The notes beneath the pieces were generated by a model. The model did no database searches and had not been told where the DNA came from. It worked only from the letters and a program-made list of their open reading frames with translations. Positions 56,648-64,000 of a stretch of DNA of 64,000 nt are shown here, piece after piece. A program made the translations under genes and the position numbers. Numbering within the stretch: the first letter of the stretch is position 1; each line of letters begins with the position of its first letter. The stretch spans positions 18,421 through 82,420 of the IMG/VR virus record IMGVR_UViG_3300010430_000018. One strand, given 5' to 3'. The DNA is from a virus.

Positions 56648-58829
56648 GATTATACCCATATTTGAAAATCATAAATGGTCAACTAGAGAGTTTGAGTCAG
56701 ATAATCATTTCAGAGAATTTTTAGAATCTATTTTTAAAGAACCTGGTAATTATGATTTTGACAACATAGCATGGCTATTTAATGAAGAAGCAAAAAGATT
56801 TAATTCAGAAGGAAACTATTGTAATAAACCTTTTAGATCAAAAGATTTTACTGCTTATTGGGAAGATCAAAAAAACAAATGTAGAACGGGAGTTATATTT
56901 AAAAGCGGTAATAAACAATGGTATCTTACTAGAGATTATTACATGTGGCTTAATTTCTTACCAATATTTGATAAAGAAGAAAAAAAATATGGATTTGCAA
57001 AAGTAAGAGATGCACAATACCATATGGCATTATATGAGATTATTGCAGAGTTAAATAATCAACATGCTGCCATTCTTAAAAAAAGACAGATAGCATCTTC
57101 ATATTTTCATATGGGGAAAATCATTAATCAATATTGGTTTGAAGAAGGATCTATATGTAAGATTGGTGCATCACTTAAAGATTATATAAATGATAAAGGA
57201 TCTTGGAAGTTTTTAGAAGAATATAAAACATTTTTAAATGAACATACTGCATGGTATAGACCAAGCAATCCTGAGAAGGTTTTACTTTGGCAACAACAGA
57301 TTGAAGTAAAAATAAATAATAGAAAAACATCAAGAGGTCTTAAATCAAAGATACAAGGTGCTTCTTTTGAAAAGAATGCTACTACAGGTGTTGGGGGTCC
57401 TTGTACTTATTTCTTTCATGAGGAAGCCGGTATTGCTAAAAACATGATGCAGACATATGAATATTTACGTCCTGCTATGTCTTCTGGTATGATGACAACT
57501 GGTCAATTTATTGCTGCTGGTTCAGTAGGTGATTTAGAACAATGTAATCCTTTAAAGGATATGATACTAAATCCAACTGCTAATGATATATATGCAGTAG
57601 AAACTAATTTAATGGATGCTGATGGTACAATAGGCATGGCAGGGCTGTTTATACCAGAACAATGGTCTATGCCTCCTTATATAGATAAATTTGGCAACTC
57701 AGAAATAGATGAAGCAATTGTAGCTATTAAAAATGAAAGAGCAAGATGGAAAAATGAATTAAGTGGTGAACAATATCAATTAAGAATATCTCAAAAACCA
57801 CTTAATATAGCTGAAGCATTTGCGTATAGAAAAGAGTCTGTATTTCCACAAGGTATATTAAGTAAGCAATTAAAAAAGATTGAAGAAAAAGAATATCCTT
57901 ATGAACTTATTGAACTTGATAGAGATCAAACAGGCATTACTGCTAAACGTACAAATAAATTACCAATAAGTGAATTTCCAGTAAATAAAAAACAACAAGA
58001 TAAAACTGGAAGTATTGTAGTTTGGGAAAGACCAATTGAAAATCCTGGTTTTGGAGCATACTATGGTTCTATTGACCCTGTGTCAGAAGGTAAAACAACT
58101 ACATCAGATTCATTGTGTAGTATATATATTTATAAAAATGCTACAGAAGTAACTAGAGATATAGGTGCTGGGGATGTTGAACAATTTATTGAGAGAGATA
58201 AGATAGTAGCAGCATGGTGTGGTAGATTTGATGATATTAACAAAACACATGAAAGATTAGAACTTATAATAGAATGGTATAATGCATGGACAATTGTTGA
58301 GAATAATATTTCTTTATTTATTCAACATATGATAGCTAGGAAAAAACAAAGATATTTAGTTCCTAAACAACAAATACTATTTTTAAAAGACTTAGGATCT
58401 AATAGAACAGTATATCAAGAATATGGATGGAAAAATACAGGAACATTATTTAAAAGCCATTTAATATCTTATGCAATTGAGTTTTTAAGAGAAAGCATTC
58501 ATGAAGAAACAGATGATCATGGATCAGTTATGTCACAGACATTAGGAGTAGAAAGAATACCAGACCCAATGCTTATAAAAGAAATGCTAGCTTATTATCC
58601 TGGATTAAACGTAGATAGATTAGTTACCTTTGGTGCATTAATTGCTTTTGCTAAAATACAACAATCTAATAGGGGATATTCTAAAAGGCGTGAATCAGAC
58701 GATAATTCCTTGGTAAATCCAGAAAAAATAAGTAAATTAAAGTATAGTAGTCCGTTTAAAAATATTGGGCGTAAAAGAGGTTTGGGTGGTTCTAAAATAA
58801 AAAGATCCGGATTTAAAAACATTAAATAG
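56640..58829 (+). CDS. terL: Terminase large subunit
   Basis: KKRQIASS, HEEAG, IDPV, VENN and D... Confidence 0.9.
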   Translation: MSRIIPIFENHKWSTREFESDNHFREFLESIFKEPGNYDFDNIAWLFNEEAKRFNSEGNYCNKPFRSKDFTAYWEDQKNKCRTGVIFKSGNKQWYLTRDYYMWLNFLPIFDKEEKKYGFAKVRDAQYHMALYEIIAELNNQHAAILKKRQIASSYFHMGKIINQYWFEEGSICKIGASLKDYINDKGSWKFLEEYKTFLNEHTAWYRPSNPEKVLLWQQQIEVKINNRKTSRGLKSKIQGASFEKNATTGVGGPCTYFFHEEAGIAKNMMQTYEYLRPAMSSGMMTTGQFIAAGSVGDLEQCNPLKDMILNPTANDIYAVETNLMDADGTIGMAGLFIPEQWSMPPYIDKFGNSEIDEAIVAIKNERARWKNELSGEQYQLRISQKPLNIAEAFAYRKESVFPQGILSKQLKKIEEKEYPYELIELDRDQTGITAKRTNKLPISEFPVNKKQQDKTGSIVVWERPIENPGFGAYYGSIDPVSEGKTTTSDSLCSIYIYKNATEVTRDIGAGDVEQFIERDKIVAAWCGRFDDINKTHERLELIIEWYNAWTIVENNISLFIQHMIARKKQRYLVPKQQILFLKDLGSNRTVYQEYGWKNTGTLFKSHLISYAIEFLRESIHEETDDHGSVMSQTLGVERIPDPMLIKEMLAYYPGLNVDRLVTFGALIAFAKIQQSNRGYSKRRESDDNSLVNPEKISKLKYSSPFKNIGRKRGLGGSKIKRSGFKNIK

Positions 58830-58840
58830 AGTAAATCAAT

Positions 58841-61588
58841 ATGAGAGTATTAAACGCCATGCAAATGAAAAACGGTGCCACTGCAGAAAGTGGACCTACG
58901 TTTTCTAGTCTAACTCAACCAGTACAATTTTTACCATATTCTAAAAAGACAGATGATTGGGCAGCTTGGAATTTAGATTGGTTAGAACTTCAAGGTATTG
59001 AGTTTTTAAGACTAAATTCTAGAAGACTTCTTAAAAATTATAAACTTGCAAAAGGTATAATTGATAAAACAGATTATATTGTTGAGCCCGATAATGAGTA
59101 TAAAGATTTAATGGATACTTTAACAGCTGAGAATGACTCAGCGTTAGAATTAAAATTTTATCCTATTGTTCCTAATGTTATAAATGTATTAACAGGTGAA
59201 TTTGCTAAAAGATATACTAAAGTACAGTTTAGAGCAGTAGATGACGCATCTTATAATGAGATGCTAGAACAAAAAAGAATACAAGTAGAAGAAGCATTAT
59301 TAGCAGATGCAGAAGCTAATTTAGTGCGTAAGATGATTGAGATGGGTATGGATCCTTCATCAGAAGAAGCACAACAACAACTATCTCCAGAAGGATTAAA
59401 ATCATTACCTGAGATAGAAGACTTTTTTAGCAAGTCTTATAGAAGTATGGTTGAAGAGTGGGCATCACATCAACTTGCAGTGGATGAAGAAAGATTCAAA
59501 ATGCAAGAACTTGAGGAAAGAGGATTTAGAGATATGCTTATTTCAGATAGAGAATTTTGGCATTTTAGAATGTTAGAAGATGACTATGATATTGAGCTTT
59601 GGAATCCGGTACTAACTTTCTATCAAAAATCACCAGATCAAAGATATATAGCAGATTCAAATTATTGTGGTAAAGTAGATTTAATGACTGTATCTGATGT
59701 TGTTGATAGATATGGATATTTAATGGATGAAAAACAATTGAAATCTCTTCAAAAAATATATCCAGCTAGATCTGCACAATATCAAGTTAACGGATACCAA
59801 AATGATGGGGCATATTATGATGCAACTAGATCTCATGAATGGAATACACAAATGCCAGGTTTAGCATATAGACAATTTACATCTAATTATTGGGATGATC
59901 CTGCAAGAGGTGGTGATATACTTAGTGAAATACTAGATGAGAATGAAGATGTATCTATGTGGGGTGAAGGCAACTTAATGCGTGTTTCAACTATATATTG
60001 GAAGACACAACGTAGAATAGGTCATTTAACTAAAATTGAAACAGATGGTGAAGTAACCCAAGAAATAGTAGATGAAACATTTAAGATTACTAAAAAGGGT
60101 GTTTATGATAGTTCTATATTTAAACAAAAGAGTAAAGAAAATTTATTAGAAGGTGAGCATATTGAATGGATATGGATAAATGAAGTTTGGGGTGGTGTAA
60201 AAATTGGTCCAAATTTACCGGCTATGTGGAGATCTACTATGGGTGACAACATTAATCCTATTTATATAGGTATTAATAGAACTAAACCTGGTAGATTACC
60301 ATTTCAATTTAAAGGTAATAATACACTTTATGGTTGCAAACTACCTGTAGAAGGTAGAGTATTTTCTGATAGAAATACTAGATCTACATCATTAGTTGAT
60401 CTAATGAAAGCTTATCAAGTTGGGTACAATATGGTTAACAACCAAATTGCTGACATTCTAATAGATGAATTAGGAACAGTAATAATGTTTGATCAAAATG
60501 CTTTACCACGTCACTCAATGGGAGAAGACTGGGGCAAGAATAATTATGCAAAAGCATACGTAGCAATGAAAGATTTCCAAATGCTACCTCTTGATACATC
60601 AATTACAAATACTGAGAATGCAACTAACTTCAATCATTATCAAACTCTAAACATGGAGCAGACTAATAGATTGATGTCTAGGATTCAACTTGCAAATTAT
60701 TTTAAACAACAATGTTTTGATGCTATTGGTATTAATCCTCAACGTCTAGGCGGTGCTGTATCAGCACAAACAGCTACAGGGGTTGTACAAGCTATGCAAC
60801 AATCATATGCTCAAACAGAAATGTATTTTGTACAGCATTCAGATCACTTAATGCCAAGAGTACATCAAATGAGAACTGATTTAGCACAATATTACTATAG
60901 TACTAACCCAAGCGTTAGATTGTCTTATATATCTACAGAAGCAGAGAAGGTTAATTTTTCTATTAATGGTACCGAACTATTACTTAGAGATTTTAATGTA
61001 TTTGCAACTACTAAAACTAATCACAGAGCTATATTAGAAAACCTTAAACAAATGGCTCTTACAAATAATACTACAGGAGCAAGTATATATGAACTTGGAA
61101 ATATTGTCAAAGCTGATTCAATTGCTGAAGTAACAGATATTCTAAAAGATTCTGAAACTAGACAACAAACAATGCGTCAACAAGAAATGCAACAGCAACG
61201 TCAAATGCAAGAGCAACAACTACAAGCTAAAGCACAAGAAGAACAACAAAAGCTTCAGGTTGAAATTGATGAAAATGCTAAGGATAGACAAAATGATGTT
61301 ACTATTGCTGAGATAAGATCTGCAGGATTTGGTTCAATGGCTGACATAAATCAGAATCAACAGTCTGATTTTCAAGATGCTATGAAAGATATTAGAGAAA
61401 CTACTCAATACCGTGAACAAATGAATTTAAAACGTGAAGAGAATAGTTCAAAGTCTATGATGGAAAATAGCAGACTTGAAGTAGAAAGAGAGAAAATTAA
61501 TGCTTCAAAAGAAATAGCTAATACCAAACTTCAAATAGCTAAAGAAAACAAAAATAAGTATGATTCAAAAGAATCAGATAAAAAATAA
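58841..61588 (+). CDS. Portal protein
   Basis: 915 aa after TerL; FYPIVP..IN.L.GE, G....R.G and a Q-rich coiled-coil barrel. Confidence 0.88.
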   Translation: MRVLNAMQMKNGATAESGPTFSSLTQPVQFLPYSKKTDDWAAWNLDWLELQGIEFLRLNSRRLLKNYKLAKGIIDKTDYIVEPDNEYKDLMDTLTAENDSALELKFYPIVPNVINVLTGEFAKRYTKVQFRAVDDASYNEMLEQKRIQVEEALLADAEANLVRKMIEMGMDPSSEEAQQQLSPEGLKSLPEIEDFFSKSYRSMVEEWASHQLAVDEERFKMQELEERGFRDMLISDREFWHFRMLEDDYDIELWNPVLTFYQKSPDQRYIADSNYCGKVDLMTVSDVVDRYGYLMDEKQLKSLQKIYPARSAQYQVNGYQNDGAYYDATRSHEWNTQMPGLAYRQFTSNYWDDPARGGDILSEILDENEDVSMWGEGNLMRVSTIYWKTQRRIGHLTKIETDGEVTQEIVDETFKITKKGVYDSSIFKQKSKENLLEGEHIEWIWINEVWGGVKIGPNLPAMWRSTMGDNINPIYIGINRTKPGRLPFQFKGNNTLYGCKLPVEGRVFSDRNTRSTSLVDLMKAYQVGYNMVNNQIADILIDELGTVIMFDQNALPRHSMGEDWGKNNYAKAYVAMKDFQMLPLDTSITNTENATNFNHYQTLNMEQTNRLMSRIQLANYFKQQCFDAIGINPQRLGGAVSAQTATGVVQAMQQSYAQTEMYFVQHSDHLMPRVHQMRTDLAQYYYSTNPSVRLSYISTEAEKVNFSINGTELLLRDFNVFATTKTNHRAILENLKQMALTNNTTGASIYELGNIVKADSIAEVTDILKDSETRQQTMRQQEMQQQRQMQEQQLQAKAQEEQQKLQVEIDENAKDRQNDVTIAEIRSAGFGSMADINQNQQSDFQDAMKDIRETTQYREQMNLKREENSSKSMMENSRLEVEREKINASKEIANTKLQIAKENKNKYDSKESDKK

Positions 61589-61708
61589 TTGGCGTTAGCT
61601 ATATACTGCTGATTATTTTTATTTTTATACAAATATTATAAGTTTATAATATAAACTTTACGTATATTATATATGTAATGAATATTAATTATTAAAACCA
61701 ACATAATT

Positions 61709-63016
61709 ATGAGCACAACTCAAACAGAACCAGTGAAAAGTAACGTAGAACAAGTTGACGTTAATTTAGATGAAATATTCAATGCTGCACCTAGTGGAGA
61801 TGATATTATTTCACAAGACTCAAATAAACCAAAAAGTATATTTAGTGGTTTAACTGAGAAAGCAGATATGTCATTTGCAGATCCAGATAAGGATGATAAA
61901 GATGATTTAAATGCTAAAGTAGATGATAAAGAAAATTCTGAAGAACCTAAAGCTGAAGATGACAAACAAGTCTCTGAAGAAAAAAAGGTTGAGGAAAATG
62001 TAGATAATATATTAGATACATTAGATAGTGCAACAGAAGAAGAATCAAATGATGAAGAAACAAAAACAAAAAAAGGTAGAAAACCTATTGAAGGTATATC
62101 TGATGTTTTTTCAAAATTAATAAAGGATGATAAAATTGTACCATTTGATGATGATAAAGATTTATCTGAATATACTGCAAAAGATTGGGAGGAGCTTATT
62201 CAAGCTAATTTAGAAGAAAAAGCAAATCAAGTAAGACGTGAAACGCCTAAACAATTTTTTCAGTCTTTACCAGAAGAATTACAAATAGCAGCAAAATATG
62301 TTGCAGATGGAGGTAAAGATCTTAAAGCATTATTTTCTACATTATCACAAGTAGAAGAAAGTAAAAGTCTTGATGTTAAAAAAAGTAATGATCAGGAACA
62401 AATTATTACACAATATTTGAGTGCAACAGGATATGGTACTCAAGAAGAGATTCAAGAAGAAATTGAAATATGGAAAGATTTAGGTAAGCTTGAACAACAA
62501 GCAAATAAGTTCAAACCTAAATTAGATAAGATGCAAGAAAAAGTTGTTGCACAAAAACTTGAAGAACAAGAGTTAAAAAAGAAACAACAAGAACAAGCAT
62601 CAAAAGCATATATGAAAAATGTATATGATACATTAAAAGATGGTAAGTTAGGTGAAATTAAAGTTGATAGAAAAACACAAGCCATGTTATATAATGGTTT
62701 AGTTCAACCTAATTATCCTTCAGTAAGTGGACGTAATACAAATCTATTAGGTCACTTATTAGAAAAGTATCAATTTGTTGAACCTAATTATGCTCTTATA
62801 TCTGAAGCTTTATGGTTATTGCAAGACCCGGTAAGTTATAAGGCAAAAATTATGGATAAAGGTGCACAAAAAAGTGTTGAAAAAACTGTAAGGAAGCTTA
62901 AAACTGAACAATCAAATGCAGGAGGAGCATCATTAGGTGTAAATAGTGCAGAAGCAGAAAAGAAAAGTTCTAAAAGAAAATTAACAAGACCAACAAACAT
63001 TTTTAAAAGAATGTAA
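61709..63016 (+). CDS. Putative capsid scaffolding protein
   Basis: Acidic disordered N-terminus and coiled coils; lies between portal and MCP. Confidence 0.7.
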   Translation: MSTTQTEPVKSNVEQVDVNLDEIFNAAPSGDDIISQDSNKPKSIFSGLTEKADMSFADPDKDDKDDLNAKVDDKENSEEPKAEDDKQVSEEKKVEENVDNILDTLDSATEEESNDEETKTKKGRKPIEGISDVFSKLIKDDKIVPFDDDKDLSEYTAKDWEELIQANLEEKANQVRRETPKQFFQSLPEELQIAAKYVADGGKDLKALFSTLSQVEESKSLDVKKSNDQEQIITQYLSATGYGTQEEIQEEIEIWKDLGKLEQQANKFKPKLDKMQEKVVAQKLEEQELKKKQQEQASKAYMKNVYDTLKDGKLGEIKVDRKTQAMLYNGLVQPNYPSVSGRNTNLLGHLLEKYQFVEPNYALISEALWLLQDPVSYKAKIMDKGAQKSVEKTVRKLKTEQSNAGGASLGVNSAEAEKKSSKRKLTRPTNIFKRM

Positions 63017-63094
63017 AAATATTTAAAGAAATTTAATTAAGTAAATTAAATATAAACAGAGTAAAACAATTATTAACTAAAACAATCAAAAATT

Positions 63095-64000
63095 ATGGCA
63101 ACTCCAGTTTTAAATAATGGGATTTTCCTACGTGATACAAGCTACAAAGCTAGTTCACATGTTGATTCTTATCACCTTACCCAAATGCTTGGTAACCCTG
63201 AGCCTATGGATATGGGACCAATTGATTTATGGGCAATGACCCAGAAGGTAGAAATGCCTTTATATCAAATGGCTTCTTTTGGTGGAAAGAATACTATCAT
63301 GGTGGATAATGCTAGAGGTGAGTACAAGTGGCAAACTCCTATTGCACAAGATCTTCCTTATATAGTGGCAGACATTGAACCAGCTAATGCTAGCAAAGGT
63401 GTAGATGGTACTCTATTTAAGATTAAGGTCAACAAAAGAACATTTGGTCATGGTGATATTATCACATATGACAAATATAATGGTCTTGAATTATACATTA
63501 CAGCAGATGATATTATTCCTGCAGGTGATGGTTATGTCTATACAGTACAGTTGGTTAACAACAACAATGCTGCATCTTTAGACAACAAGTATCTTGCTAA
63601 AGGAACTAAGTTCTTTAGAAAAGGTTCTGCAAGAGGTGAATACGGTGAAAGATTTTCTGATATTGAAACAGGATCTGGGTTCCGTGAATTCTACAACTTT
63701 GTAGGAGGAGCAGAAGCACACGTACATTATTCTATTTCTAGCCGTGCTGATCTTATGATCAAAGGTGGTTTAAATGCTGATGGTACTGTACCAGTAACTG
63801 AAATTTGGAGAAACTTTGACACTGATCCTAATAATCCATCTGTACCAAGTATAGAAGGCTTAGTAGCAAATATGGGTAAAGCAGGAGCAAGAGAAGCATT
63901 TGAAAATGGAACTCTTACAAGAACTTTCATTACAAATATGGAAGCAGCTCACTTATCTAAAATTGCAACGGATATTGAAACTTACCTAATGTGGGGTAAA
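63095..64000 (+). CDS. Major capsid protein, 3'-truncated (not in ORF track)
   Basis: Open frame MATPVLNNGIFLRDTSYKASSHVDSYHL... to the window end; canonical TerL-portal-scaffold-MCP order. Confidence 0.85.
   Translation, partial: MATPVLNNGIFLRDTSYKASSHVDSYHLTQMLGNPEPMDMGPIDLWAMTQKVEMPLYQMASFGGKNTIMVDNARGEYKWQTPIAQDLPYIVADIEPANASKGVDGTLFKIKVNKRTFGHGDIITYDKYNGLELYITADDIIPAGDGYVYTVQLVNNNNAASLDNKYLAKGTKFFRKGSARGEYGERFSDIETGSGFREFYNFVGGAEAHVHYSISSRADLMIKGGLNADGTVPVTEIWRNFDTDPNNPSVPSIEGLVANMGKAGAREAFENGTLTRTFITNMEAAHLSKIATDIETYLMWGK

Noticed and set aside
2579-63930. Many short antisense or alternate-frame ORFs in the track (e.g. 2579-2812, 5669-6004, 17888-18271, 36361-36687, 63727-63930)
   Set aside because: They are shadows of well-supported genes on the opposite strand or frame and have no motifs.
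1-64000. Stop-codon reassignment (TAG/TGA), as in some crAss-like phages
   Set aside because: Giant genes are intact in the standard code, and TAG/TGA end genes at natural boundaries with coupled starts.
1-64000. tRNA genes, CRISPR array, introns/inteins, integrase, DGR reverse transcriptase
   Set aside because: None recognisable by eye; core genes have normal lengths. A tRNAscan/Infernal run would be needed to exclude RNA genes fully.

Overview
This is a 64-kb segment of an AT-rich crAss-like phage genome (Crassvirales-type, phi14:2-like), read in the standard genetic code. The host is most likely a Bacteroidota/Flavobacteriia bacterium: there are TAnnTTTG promoter elements, A-rich starts without Shine-Dalgarno sites, a class Id RNR and a DUF4846-like gene. 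Layout from left to right: (1) the 3' part of the giant virion RNA polymerase (DFDID motif) and a second giant virion protein; (2) a secreted beta-barrel/coiled-coil/thioredoxin-fold cassette; (3) nrdA/nrdB; (4) a + strand block of small basic proteins, a holin and fibre proteins; (5) a long - strand replication/early block (PolB, SET, MoxR-vWA, RusA-like, primase, SSB, Sak4-like, DnaB, UNG, SF2 helicase, HNH, envelope proteins); (6) a structured non-coding region and strand switch at about 49.3-50.4 kb; (7) the late block (small basic proteins, endolysin, IHF-like, PD-(D/E)xK, GroES, TerL, portal, scaffold, start of the major capsid protein). The best leads are a SET methyltransferase together with many Lys/Arg-rich mini-proteins, a recurring [YFM]xxGG motif, the OMP-Trx cassette with a cryptic Zn-ribbon frame, unannotated CDGSH and C2H2 micro-proteins, a MoxR/vWA-peptidase operon with two BRCT-like paralogs, and the hairpin-rich control region. 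All calls come from motif recognition by eye; no searches were run.
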